DNA of 64,000 nucleotides from a virus: positions 1 through 64,000 of IMG/VR virus record IMGVR_UViG_3300034283_001962. One strand, given 5' to 3'. Positions 30,440 to 39,142 of this stretch are shown piece by piece (the stretch's first letter is position 1; each line of letters begins with the position of its first letter). The position numbers and the translations under genes are program-made. The notes below the pieces were generated by a model, which was given only the letters and a program-made list of their open reading frames with translations, searched no databases and had not been told where the DNA came from.

Positions 30440-33028
30440 TTATTTCTTTTTCTTAGCTGAAGCTAATTTCTGTGCTCTATTCTTAGCATTAATTTGTGCT
30501 ATTTCCTTATCATTCTTCATATTTTCTCTGGCTATCTTAGCATCTTCTATAGATTTTTGCTTATCATTCTCCATTTTTTGTCTCTCTGTTCCTAATTTAG
30601 CCATCTCAATCTCAAACTTTTTGTCTGCACTTTGTTGATCCATAGATAATCTGGTCATTTCTAGTGCATCAGGAATACCTGTATTATCGTTATCAGCCAT
30701 TGCATTCTCATTTCTACCAAATGCTTGAATTAAAGCAATTTCTTTCTTATTGATTCGATCAAGCTCCATGTTGTAGTTATCATTAATCCTATCAATTTCA
30801 GCTTGTTCTGCATTTTGCTGTAACTGCATTTGAACAGCTGACTGCTCTTGTTCAAGTTTAGCTTGCTCAAGTTGTTGTTGTTGTTCAGCAAATGCTTTTT
30901 GTTCTTCTTTTACTTTCTTCATGATATCCTTCATCTTACGCATAGAGTTGGTAGAATAAACTTCAGCTATTTCATAACCCGAAGTACCATTCTGAAGCAT
31001 TGCTTGAGATAAATCTCTGAACATCTTAAGGTTCTGAGTATCTTCTGGACGATCTACTACAAATACCCAAAGATCTCTACTTTTAAGTTCTGAACCTTGA
31101 ACTTGTAAGAAAGCTTGTTCTCCTTCATTAGTTAAATACTTAATAGAAGATACTGGTTTATTACTCTCAATAAACTGAGCTGCATCAAGTAAACCTTGAA
31201 ATACATCATTCATTACATATGAGTGTTGTGCAAAGTAGGGTTCGGTTTGAGCATATGATTGAGCAAGTGCTGTATTAGTACCTGTAGCTGTTTCTGTAGC
31301 TAATACTGAACCAGTACGTTGTCTGCTGATACCTACTAATTCCCAAGCTTCATTCTTAAGTTGTGCAGCAAGGTTATACCTAGCTTGTATTTCATTGTGT
31401 CTAGATAAATCAAGACGAGCGTACTGATTAAAAGTAGATGGCCCCTTTACATTTTCAGGAGAATCATCAATAAACATAATACCTCTTCTTCTTGCTTCCT
31501 CTTCCCACATTTCTAATGCATCCTGAGCATCTCCATCTTTAGGAACAGCAATATGTCTAATAGACATCAACTGTACCACACCCATATCTTTCTCAAGTAA
31601 CTTGAATAGTTGATTCATAGTTACATTATAAAGGGTTTGGAACGGTTTTAATAGATCAATGAATGAACGAGGTTCACCATTTTTAATGTCGTGTATAACA
31701 CCTATAATAGGACAATAAGGTAAAAGTTTAAAAGGTTCACATCTAAATATATCTGATCCTATTCTAAATCCTTTATACCATTGATTAATCCAACCCCATA
31801 TAATATCAATTTCTCCTGGATGATCTCCTAGCTTATAGTTTTCGTCTACAAGCATAGATTGTATCTCTCCCATTTCATCTTGATAAAATACATTACCTAC
31901 TTTCTTTTTAGTAATCCAGTAAGCTTGTACTACTGCATATTTTAATGAATGAGCTGCAGCACCTCCATTTATACCCAGCCAATTACTTAGTTCTTCATGA
32001 CCTTCATTTAAACGTGATTCAGCTAATGCTCTTTCTTGTAAGATAACAGGATCATATACGTCATATTTTACACCTGCGATACCTACTTGAGGATTTGTAA
32101 GATTAGATTCTCTTACATTAAGAAGGTTAAAATTATTTAGGTTGTTTCGCAGGTGATCTATTTCATCTTTATCTAAATCAAACTTATCAATAATTTCAGA
32201 TAATTCCATTACATGTACTGTACCTACAGCATAAGATCCGTGTTCTTTATGTATGTATTTTTTATTAGGCGTAGAAAGATGCCAAAAGTTTGCTGGATTA
32301 ATTACCTCAATACTAAAACCTACTTTTGAATTATCTTCATATATATGAAAGAACTCTCTTGATGAAATAAGAAGATCTCTAAATGCATCTTCGCTTTTTT
32401 CTTTTATATTAAAGTAAGCATCTAATGCTTTTAACATGTGATTAGCCCAACTCTCTGCAAGAGTAGAATAATTAGCTAAGTTTTCCTCAACTTCTTCCAT
32501 AGTAAGTTGTTGCTTTTCTTCTTCTTCTACTTCTATTCCTTTTTCTGCTAGTTGAGCATTAATCTTTTTGGTAGCCATTTGCATAATCAAACCCTCTACC
32601 ATTGAAGTCTTATACTCAGCCTCTTCGCTTTTACTATCGTCATCAAATGCTTTTACAAAACGAGTATTAGGACGATTACTCATTTCTCCTATCATTGTAT
32701 TTAATGGAGGATTCAGAATCGAGTAATGTTTAACATAAGAAGGTAATTCTAAGTCCTCAACCATTAAGTCTACAAAACTACGAACATCTTCTTTTTTAGT
32801 TTGTTCATAGAAGTCTTCAGGTGTAAGAATACCTTTAACAAGATTATAGTTTTTTACAAACTTATCTCTATTCTTTGTATATTGTGAATAAGCAACATTA
32901 GCAAAGTAATCAAGATTTTGTTTAATCCATTCATTCCCTTTCTTTTTCTTATCAGAAACAAATTGGTCAGGATATATATTCATATATGCTGCTCTAATAT
33001 CGTCCTGTTTTGTATATTTAATGATCAT
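30440..33028 (-). CDS. Portal protein
   Basis: 862 aa next to terminase; HY.I.NPPL..MIGE, GISRQR.G motifs; Gln-rich coiled-coil C-terminus. Confidence 0.85.
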   Translation of the reverse strand: MIIKYTKQDDIRAAYMNIYPDQFVSDKKKKGNEWIKQNLDYFANVAYSQYTKNRDKFVKNYNLVKGILTPEDFYEQTKKEDVRSFVDLMVEDLELPSYVKHYSILNPPLNTMIGEMSNRPNTRFVKAFDDDSKSEEAEYKTSMVEGLIMQMATKKINAQLAEKGIEVEEEEKQQLTMEEVEENLANYSTLAESWANHMLKALDAYFNIKEKSEDAFRDLLISSREFFHIYEDNSKVGFSIEVINPANFWHLSTPNKKYIHKEHGSYAVGTVHVMELSEIIDKFDLDKDEIDHLRNNLNNFNLLNVRESNLTNPQVGIAGVKYDVYDPVILQERALAESRLNEGHEELSNWLGINGGAAAHSLKYAVVQAYWITKKKVGNVFYQDEMGEIQSMLVDENYKLGDHPGEIDIIWGWINQWYKGFRIGSDIFRCEPFKLLPYCPIIGVIHDIKNGEPRSFIDLLKPFQTLYNVTMNQLFKLLEKDMGVVQLMSIRHIAVPKDGDAQDALEMWEEEARRRGIMFIDDSPENVKGPSTFNQYARLDLSRHNEIQARYNLAAQLKNEAWELVGISRQRTGSVLATETATGTNTALAQSYAQTEPYFAQHSYVMNDVFQGLLDAAQFIESNKPVSSIKYLTNEGEQAFLQVQGSELKSRDLWVFVVDRPEDTQNLKMFRDLSQAMLQNGTSGYEIAEVYSTNSMRKMKDIMKKVKEEQKAFAEQQQQLEQAKLEQEQSAVQMQLQQNAEQAEIDRINDNYNMELDRINKKEIALIQAFGRNENAMADNDNTGIPDALEMTRLSMDQQSADKKFEIEMAKLGTERQKMENDKQKSIEDAKIARENMKNDKEIAQINAKNRAQKLASAKKKK

Positions 33029-33030
33029 GT

Positions 33031-35148
33031 TTATGATAAAATTTTAAGTGTTCTTTTTTTTCTATACTGACTAACAACTCTGGACTTATTATAATCAAGT
33101 ATAGATGATTTAACTCCTCTTTGAGTACCGTATAATGAATCTAATCTGCTATCTCCCCTATTATCAGATACTTTAATTTGAGGAGTCATATGTTCTGCTA
33201 AAGCAAGAGCACACTCTGCTGCAATAATTCGGTCAAAGTTTCCATCTTTATCATAGCGAACAATTTCTTCAAGTAACATAGGATCAAGAATTCGAGATAC
33301 ACCAATTACTTCACGTAATATTTTTCCTTCTTCATCTTTATCTATATATATAACTTCATCCAAATACTTCTTTAATATACCATCTAAGTAATCTCTAGTT
33401 TTACTAGAAGATCTTGAGATACCTTTCTTACGAGTTAGGGTTCTGGTATTGGGAACAATCTCTTTTAACCATCCTGGAGGATCTGCTAAATAGTGACCAT
33501 CTCCTTTATAAATCATGTAATTAATAAAGCTCATTTCATCATTCTCACAGAGTCCGTATGCATTATAATACTTGATAAGGTTTCGAGCGTTTTCATGCCA
33601 AGTATCTATATCTTTTGGTCGAGCTGAATATGAAGCAACAAACATCCATTGATATTTCTCTGCCATAATATCATGCTGTAACTTAAAGATATATACAGAA
33701 CCTAAAGAATCAGAAAAGCCACTATCACCGCTTTGGCGATAAGGATCAATTCCTGCCACGTACAATCCAAATGGAGGATTCTCAATAGGGAATTCGTAAA
33801 TAATAATAGGGGCATCCTTTGATTGTGTTTTTACTGGAAACTCTGTAATAGCTACTTTATCTGTAAATTTATGTGTTAGTTTTTGTCCATCATGGTATAT
33901 TTCAACAGGAGTACCTGTTCTACCTAAACCATTTAGTTTATCTTTTTGTAAACGTGCAGCTTCGATATTGAAATCATTACGAGCTAAACGTAGAAAAGAG
34001 TCAGAAGGTTTTAAAGGCCAGTAAGCTTTAAACTTAAGAATAGCTTTACTATTACCTGATTTTAACGCTTTATCATACTGTGGTTGCCACCATTCTTTAA
34101 GTGCTTTTTCCTCATTAGAAACTAAGATAGTTATCTTACTAAGTTGCTCATATCCTGGTTCATCTTCTTTAACATTCAGATATTCAGATAAAGCAATTGG
34201 CTCTTTATAAGCCATTTTAGCCATAGTAGCTGGGATAAATCTACCAATACGATTAACAGATCCAGGTTCTCTAGTATTCTCAAAGCTCAATAAGTTATAC
34301 GCATCAGCATTAAAGAATACTTCAGCTGCTTCTTCACCTACTTCCATGTCACCACCTGTACCTGCGTACATGGTTAAACAAGAAGGTTTATCACCATCAC
34401 CTGACCACCAACAACCATCAGAGTCTTTAATACATCCAATAAAATTTGGTAGTGCTCCAATTTCATCTATAAGATGAAATCCAGGACGAGTACCATTAGC
34501 AGCCATTGTTTTGTTACCATCTTCATAATTTCTAACTTTAATAGAAGACTTTGAAGACTTTTCGTGAGCAAGACCTGTTTTCTTATCCTTCCAGCCTGCA
34601 ACAATCTCTTTCTTCCAATCACTCATTAAACGCTGCTTTCTAAATGCAGGATGGATGTTAGTTAATCCATCTTCAATTTTATCAGTAGCTAGTTTAATAT
34701 AACTTGCAGCTCCAGCTGAAATAACTGCTTCTGATTGATCATAAAAGGTATATAAATATGCAGCACGAGAAGCTGCAATAATAGATTTACCAAAGTCACG
34801 AGACCCAACTAATCCATAAAATCTACCAAATTCTTCACATTTAAGAAAGTCATCTGATGTAATCCACTCAATATCTCGAAGAAAAGGAACTTTTACAAAC
34901 CTTGCTTTCTTTTTTGTTTTTGGATTTTCTATGTACATAGCAATTTTCCAATATACTGTATGGAAATATAACCATCCAGAAATAAAGATATTACCTATAT
35001 AAAATCCAGTAATACATCTTTCTTTTTCTTTTGCCCAGTATTCTTTAAATACTTCATATAGTACATGATTTTGTGGATCATATATAGGTTCAACCTGAGA
35101 AGGAAACCATATATTAACAGTGTCTTGCCTATATTTATTTGTATCCAT
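33031..35148 (-). CDS. terL: Terminase large subunit
   Basis: Walker A SRDFGKS, Walker B LIDEIG, GTGG, nuclease AGIDPY, GNFDR. Confidence 0.9.
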   Translation of the reverse strand: MDTNKYRQDTVNIWFPSQVEPIYDPQNHVLYEVFKEYWAKEKERCITGFYIGNIFISGWLYFHTVYWKIAMYIENPKTKKKARFVKVPFLRDIEWITSDDFLKCEEFGRFYGLVGSRDFGKSIIAASRAAYLYTFYDQSEAVISAGAASYIKLATDKIEDGLTNIHPAFRKQRLMSDWKKEIVAGWKDKKTGLAHEKSSKSSIKVRNYEDGNKTMAANGTRPGFHLIDEIGALPNFIGCIKDSDGCWWSGDGDKPSCLTMYAGTGGDMEVGEEAAEVFFNADAYNLLSFENTREPGSVNRIGRFIPATMAKMAYKEPIALSEYLNVKEDEPGYEQLSKITILVSNEEKALKEWWQPQYDKALKSGNSKAILKFKAYWPLKPSDSFLRLARNDFNIEAARLQKDKLNGLGRTGTPVEIYHDGQKLTHKFTDKVAITEFPVKTQSKDAPIIIYEFPIENPPFGLYVAGIDPYRQSGDSGFSDSLGSVYIFKLQHDIMAEKYQWMFVASYSARPKDIDTWHENARNLIKYYNAYGLCENDEMSFINYMIYKGDGHYLADPPGWLKEIVPNTRTLTRKKGISRSSSKTRDYLDGILKKYLDEVIYIDKDEEGKILREVIGVSRILDPMLLEEIVRYDKDGNFDRIIAAECALALAEHMTPQIKVSDNRGDSRLDSLYGTQRGVKSSILDYNKSRVVSQYRKKRTLKILS

Positions 35149-35471
35149 TAGAACTCTCCTTGCTCAAAGGGACTAAGATCTGCGTCACCTCTAGTTAACA
35201 TCTTTTTCTGTTCTTCTTTTTCTCTAAGTTTAGCAATAGCTTCAACGATTAGTGCATAATCTTTTAAGGTATCCCTAATGTTTTTATGCTGTTGTTCAAT
35301 AGTGGCAACTACCATAGGTATTACTCCACCTCCCCTTGTTTCTCTATTCTGAATTCTATCTATTAAAGTAGATAAAGGGTTGCTATCTACATAAGAACGG
35401 AGTTCTTCGGCTTTCATTTCAAGCCACTCCAATTCCATGTCTATGTAGTTGTTTCTTTTACTTACTGCCAT
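35148..35471 (-). CDS. Hypothetical protein, candidate terminase small subunit
   Basis: Helical 107 aa ORF coupled to terL. Confidence 0.4.
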   Translation of the reverse strand: MAVSKRNNYIDMELEWLEMKAEELRSYVDSNPLSTLIDRIQNRETRGGGVIPMVVATIEQQHKNIRDTLKDYALIVEAIAKLREKEEQKKMLTRGDADLSPFEQGEF

Positions 35472-35776
35472 AAATCATCATCCTCCTCTTCATTATCATT
35501 ATATAAATTAATCTTATCAATATTTTTTCCTTCTTCAATTATTTTCTCAAGTTCAGAATCATGAGTTGGAATAAAGTTTTCAATTTCCATATTAGCTTGA
35601 TATTTTTCTAATGCAAATACCAATTCTTTATTAGATAAACCCCATAGATCTTGTATTTTTCCATAATCAGAAAATGCTGTAGCTAAATGATTAGATATAG
35701 GTTGAGCAGGAAATTGCTTATTAAGTTCCTGTAATAAAGTAATAAATTGATTTAATTGATTTAATTTTTTAGACAT
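35462..35776 (-). CDS. Hypothetical protein
   Basis: ORF track. Confidence 0.5.
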   Translation of the reverse strand: MSKKLNQLNQFITLLQELNKQFPAQPISNHLATAFSDYGKIQDLWGLSNKELVFALEKYQANMEIENFIPTHDSELEKIIEEGKNIDKINLYNDNEEEDDDLWQ

Positions 35777-35781
35777 AAATC

Positions 35782-35988
35782 TTATATTAGTTCAGAAAGA
35801 TTATTATTTTTATTTACTAATAAGTTATTAGTATTTAATTGTTTAGGATAAGTTTCAATTGGAGGTACACTAATTATTTTTACAGTATTTGTTTTATCAT
35901 CTAAAGTAATATTGATATATTTAGAATGTACTGATAAATCATTCAGCACTTTAAATATTTTATTAATCTCTACGTTATAAACAGTCAT
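35782..35988 (-). CDS. Hypothetical protein
   Basis: ORF track. Confidence 0.45.
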   Translation of the reverse strand: MTVYNVEINKIFKVLNDLSVHSKYINITLDDKTNTVKIISVPPIETYPKQLNTNNLLVNKNNNLSELI

Positions 35989-36291
35989 ATATTATTCTTT
36001 TGCTTTAAAGATTCCCATTCAGCATCTTCCATAACTTTTAACCATTTCTTTTGGGGACATTCACAATCCAAACATCTAGTTTTTAAATGAATATTACATC
36101 CACAATCAGTACAATGATTATCAGGTCTATCTGTTAAATATCCTTTTGATATAGCATTAGTAGAAAAAGATGGACACTCTTTACATATTTCTGTTCTTTC
36201 TATTGCAATAGCTTCAACCCATTTTCTAACAAATATTGAGTTATAAGCTCCTTTAATAATACCTTTAACATCAATTTTTTTCCAGTTCATT
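35985..36291 (-). CDS. Zn-binding protein (C..C...C..CGC....KTR.....CP...W)
   Basis: Conserved Cys pattern; likely start near MNWKK (start approximate). Confidence 0.6.
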
Positions 36292-36621
36292 AATTTTAGT
36301 TTTGGCATTTTCAATATACATTTGTAAGCTTTTAATAAAATTTAATATATTTTCAGAAGGGTTTTCAATTTTTTGAATCTCTAGTAACTTCTTTTCTTTT
36401 TTACGAATATCTATCTTTAGCTTTCGAACAGAAAATCTAAATACTCCAAACCCAGATAATTCTACAGTGGTACAAGAGTTAAATGCTTTAGTTGCATCTT
36501 TAAATATAAAGTTTATAACTTTATCTATTTCTATAGGTTTAATATCTAACTTAGAAGATAATCTATTAATTAATACTTCCTGAAGTTTATCTTTAGATAT
36601 AAGGTTATTTTCTAGATTCAT
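36271..36621 (-). CDS. HU/IHF-like DNA-binding protein
   Basis: VELSGFGVF motif. Confidence 0.7.
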   Translation of the reverse strand: MNLENNLISKDKLQEVLINRLSSKLDIKPIEIDKVINFIFKDATKAFNSCTTVELSGFGVFRFSVRKLKIDIRKKEKKLLEIQKIENPSENILNFIKSLQMYIENAKTKINELEKN

Positions 36622-36625
36622 TTAA

Positions 36626-36976
36626 TTATAATTTTTTAATTAAACTTATATCTAAAGATATATCTCTATTTATAAAATCTAGGTTGATTTGGTGAACTAT
36701 TCTATATTTACCTTGAAATTTTTCTAATAAACCTATTTCTTTTAATTCAGATATCATATTATTGACAGAGTTAACTGAACTGTTATATTTAACAGAGAAG
36801 TCATTTTTGGCTGACAAAGAAGATATCGTACCTCTAATAGCCGTAAAAGCTAATAATTGAAGTTGTTTATTTGTTACTTTAATATTATTAACTAAACAGA
36901 TTATAGAATAATACTTTAGAGCTATATCTAAAGCTGATTCTTCTTGTTTTTTGATTTTTTGTACGATTAAAGTCAT
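36626..36976 (-). CDS. Putative winged-helix DNA-binding protein
   Basis: S..SVNN.IS.LK..GLL pattern. Confidence 0.5.
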   Translation of the reverse strand: MTLIVQKIKKQEESALDIALKYYSIICLVNNIKVTNKQLQLLAFTAIRGTISSLSAKNDFSVKYNSSVNSVNNMISELKEIGLLEKFQGKYRIVHQINLDFINRDISLDISLIKKL

Positions 36977-37061
36977 CGTTCCTAATGTAATTAATTATGC
37001 AAAGATAGTGAAATTATAATATAAAGATATAGTTATATAATAACTTAATGCTATATTAAAC

Positions 37062-37090
37062 AAAAAAATCCTCCCTTTTGAGGAGGATTT
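37062..37090 (-). terminator. Terminator closing tRNA cassette C
   Basis: AAATCCTCC-TCAAAAG-GGAGGATTTTTTT. Confidence 0.75.
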
Positions 37091-37092
37091 AG

Positions 37093-37166
37093 AACACCTA
37101 GAAAGACTCGAACTTTCACTCTTTTGATCCGTAGTCAAAAGCTTTATCCAATTAAGCTATAGGTGC
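37093..37166 (-). tRNA. tRNA-Arg(ACG)
   Basis: Cloverleaf; anticodon loop CT-ACG-GA; TTCGAGT T-loop. Confidence 0.9.
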
Positions 37167-37169
37167 AGA

Positions 37170-37243
37170 TGGGTGGAATTGGGATTCGAACCCAATCAAG
37201 TGATTCACAGTCACCCGTCAGAATCCAGTCTGAACGATTCCAC
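37170..37243 (-). tRNA. tRNA-His(GTG)
   Basis: Loop CT-GTG-AA; G-1; TTCGAAT. Confidence 0.88.
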
Positions 37244-37245
37244 AG

Positions 37246-37318
37246 TTCCCTTATCTAGGCTCGAACTAGAACTACCAGAGTCAAAATCTGATGTGTTAAC
37301 CATTACACTATAAGGGAA
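37246..37318 (-). tRNA. tRNA-Gln(TTG)
   Basis: Loop TT-TTG-AC. Confidence 0.9.
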
Positions 37319-37334
37319 TAGCATACCATAAAAA

Positions 37335-37408
37335 TGGCACAGGTAGAGAGATTCGAACTCCCAACAGCAGTTTTGGAGACTGACATGATACCATTTCACC
37401 ATACCTGT
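37335..37408 (-). tRNA. tRNA-Trp(CCA)
   Basis: Loop CT-CCA-AA; encoded CCA end. Confidence 0.9.
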
Positions 37409-37413
37409 TTCTG

Positions 37414-37485
37414 TGGTAAGAAAGGGTAACGATCCCTTCTCCAAGGTTTTTCAGACCTTTGCTAATCCATCTCAGCTATCTTACC
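37414..37485 (-). tRNA. tRNA-Phe(GAA)
   Basis: Loop CT-GAA-AA; atypical T-loop ATCGTTA. Confidence 0.85.
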
Positions 37486-37494
37486 GTAATTTAA

Positions 37495-37568
37495 AGCATG
37501 TTGTACAAATTCTTCGTTTTCACATTGCAGGTGAATTAAGCCTATGTGTGCTGGCTGCGTAACATGTT
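37495..37568 (-). ncRNA. Y-RNA-like unit with Cys(GCA) anticodon-type hairpin
   Basis: Terminal stem CATGTT/AACATG, CAGCCA motif, hairpin TTCAC-CTGCAAT-GTGAA; same layout as the units at 58972-59398. Confidence 0.5.
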
Positions 37569-37571
37569 AAA

Positions 37572-37598
37572 AGCACTAACCAGATTCGAACTGGTGTG
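37572..37598 (-). pseudogene. 3' half of a disrupted tRNA (T-arm plus acceptor strand)
   Basis: ACCAG-TTCGAAT-CTGGT-TAGTGCT; matching 5' part AGCACTA-TG-ACCGA lies at ~37765-37778. Confidence 0.65.
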
Positions 37599-37599
37599 A

Positions 37600-37667
37600 A
37601 TCCAGTATGAGAATCGAACTCATTTCAATAGTTTTGCAGACTATTTGGCTTCCATAACCTCACTGGA
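37600..37667 (-). tRNA. tRNA-Cys(GCA), short D-arm
   Basis: Loop CT-GCA-AA; acceptor TCCAGTG/TACTGGA. Confidence 0.82.
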
Positions 37668-37772
37668 TAATTTATACCAATTAAAATCTTTTGCCGTTTT
37701 TCTTCTATGACAATTTGCGCATCTTACATCACATTTTTCAATTTCATTTTTTACCTGATTTAAATCGGTCAT
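37641..37772 (-). pseudogene. HNH endonuclease C-terminal remnant
   Basis: Translates MTDLNQVKNEIEKCDVRCANCHRRKTAK... Confidence 0.65.
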
Positions 37773-37783
37773 AGTGCTATTTG

Positions 37784-37855
37784 ATCCTCGTAAGGTACTC
37801 GAAACCTTTTCCCCAGTTTACAAGACTGGTGCATCACCATATATGCTTACAAGGA
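37784..37855 (-). tRNA. tRNA-Thr(TGT)
   Basis: Loop CT-TGT-AA. Confidence 0.85.
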
Positions 37856-37860
37856 ATATG

Positions 37861-37935
37861 TCGAGTAAACAGGAGTCGAACCTGCATGATGTCTTCACCC
37901 CAAATGAAGAGGCTTACCAGTTAGCCCATTACTCG
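37861..37935 (-). tRNA. tRNA-Pro(TGG)
   Basis: Loop TT-TGG-GG; TTCGACT. Confidence 0.88.
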
Positions 37936-37944
37936 ATGCTATAA

Positions 37945-37979
37945 AATAAAAAACCCCCGATTTTATGTCGGAGGGTGAA
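37945..37979 (-). terminator. Attenuator terminator of cassette C
   Basis: CCCTCCGA-CATAAAA-TCGGGGG-TTTTTT; the 5' arm is complementary to leader nt GAGGGTGAA. Confidence 0.75.
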
Positions 37980-38012
37980 TAGACTTTTTTTAGTCCGTTA
38001 TGCACGAATAGT

Positions 38013-38105
38013 CTAATTTTTTATGACACATGTACATAGTTCACCCTCTCCACAGATACACTGCGGGGTAAAAGTAAACCACGTATGACGTACTATCTTT
38101 TTCAT
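38013..38105 (-). CDS. Leader peptide C (MKKIVRHTWFTFTPQCICGEGELCTCVIKN)
   Basis: Translated by hand; lies between promoter 38110-38141 and terminator 37945-37979. Confidence 0.75.
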   Translation of the reverse strand: MKKIVRHTWFTFTPQCICGEGELCTCVIKN

Positions 38106-38109
38106 AACA

Positions 38110-38141
38110 CAAACATATGAAGAAATTCTGAAACTTCCAAA
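38110..38141 (-). promoter_or_regulatory. Bacteroidota-type promoter for cassette C
   Basis: TTTG-N20-TATGTTTG. Confidence 0.75.
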
Positions 38142-38154
38142 TTTATTTTTTTTG

Positions 38155-38225
38155 TTGGATAGGAGAGAATCGAACTCTCTTGCCTACGTTTTACAGACGT
38201 TGCTGGTTGCCCTGACCTCTACCCA
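38155..38225 (-). tRNA. tRNA-Tyr(GTA), short variable loop
   Basis: Loop CT-GTA-AA; acceptor TGGGTAG/CTATCCA. Confidence 0.8.
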
Positions 38226-38230
38226 ATATG

Positions 38231-38319
38231 CGGAGAAAGTGAGACTCGAACTCACACTAGAGTTTTATCCCTAGAACAGTTTAGCAAACTGCTGCAGTAC
38301 CATTATGACTTATTCCTCC
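38231..38319 (-). tRNA. tRNA-Ser(GCT)
   Basis: Loop TT-GCT-AA; long variable arm. Confidence 0.88.
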
Positions 38320-38324
38320 AAATG

Positions 38325-38408
38325 CGGTGGTAACAGGAATCGAACCTGTATGGCTGTTACACCTTCAACGTTTTCAAGACGCATAAGCCCTCTCTATTGC
38401 GTACCACC
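38325..38408 (-). tRNA. tRNA-Ser(TGA)
   Basis: Loop CT-TGA-AA; long variable arm; reduced D-arm. Confidence 0.82.
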
Positions 38409-38413
38409 AATTG

Positions 38414-38487
38414 TAGCTCTGATGAGATTCGAACTCACACAAAACAGATTTTAAGTCTGCCGCCGTTACCAATTAGACCACAGAGCT
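38414..38487 (-). tRNA. tRNA-Leu(TAA), short variable loop
   Basis: Loop CT-TAA-AA. Confidence 0.85.
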
Positions 38488-38490
38488 ATG

Positions 38491-38566
38491 TACCCCTAGC
38501 GAGATTCGAACTCGCAAAACTCCTGATTCTAAGTCAGGCGACTTTACCTAATTTGCCCATAGAGGT
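38491..38566 (-). tRNA. tRNA-Leu(TAG), short variable loop
   Basis: Loop CT-TAG-AA. Confidence 0.85.
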
Positions 38567-38574
38567 ATATAAAT

Positions 38575-38604
38575 AAAAAAACCTAGCTCTTTTAGGAACT
38601 AGGC
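38575..38604 (-). terminator. Attenuator terminator of cassette B
   Basis: GCCTAGTTC-CTAAAA-GAGCTAGGT-TTTTTT. Confidence 0.75.
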
Positions 38605-38629
38605 TTTAAGAAGTAGGTTAGAAAAAACC

Positions 38630-38707
38630 TTACTGTATATAATCCCTGTTCCCTTGATGAATCAAGAGCGATAAACTGGAATAATATGACAGTAATAGAT
38701 TTCTCAT
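38630..38707 (-). CDS. Leader peptide B (MRNLLLSYYSSLSLLIHQGNRDYIQ)
   Basis: Translated by hand; ATG 4 nt after the stop of the 126-aa ORF. Confidence 0.75.
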   Translation of the reverse strand: MRNLLLSYYSSLSLLIHQGNRDYIQ

Positions 38708-38711
38708 TGGA

Positions 38712-39092
38712 TTATCCTTCTACAGAAGTTTCAGGTTCAGTTGGTTCTTCAACTGGATCTACTGGGGGTTCTACTACATCAGTAATAGTACCTTTAAGGT
38801 CAGCAATAGCTAGATCTAATTTATCAGCTACAGCTTGAATTTCTTGTGAAGTTACTGAACTAGCTAATTGAGCTTGAAGATCAGCTACTACAGCTTCAAG
38901 ATCAGTAATTACTTTTGCAATTTGTGCTTGTTCAGCATCAAGAGACAATTGAAGTTCATCTACTTTTGCTGAAAGTTCTTGAATAGTTGCCATTGTTTGT
39001 TTATTTTGTGATTGTATTAAAAATATTTTTTTTACTAAATATACAAGAAATCCTATTGTTAGACTTTGTAAGATTATTATAAATAATAGCAT
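38712..39092 (-). CDS. Coiled-coil protein with possible N-terminal membrane anchor (alternative start MATIQ at ~38993)
   Basis: ORF track; hydrophobic N-terminus, heptads, Pro/acidic tail. Confidence 0.6.
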   Translation of the reverse strand: MLLFIIILQSLTIGFLVYLVKKIFLIQSQNKQTMATIQELSAKVDELQLSLDAEQAQIAKVITDLEAVVADLQAQLASSVTSQEIQAVADKLDLAIADLKGTITDVVEPPVDPVEEPTEPETSVEG

Positions 39093-39110
39093 AGTATATC
39101 TTTTCTACCA

Positions 39111-39142
39111 CAAATATAAACTTATAATTTGAAACTACCAAA
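39111..39142 (-). promoter_or_regulatory. Promoter for the 126-aa ORF and cassette B
   Basis: TTTG-N20-TATATTTG. Confidence 0.75.

Noticed and set aside
37211-37444. 77-aa minus-strand ORF, and the N-terminal extension of the ykuK ORF (40694-40732)
   Set aside because: Both overlap clear tRNA genes.
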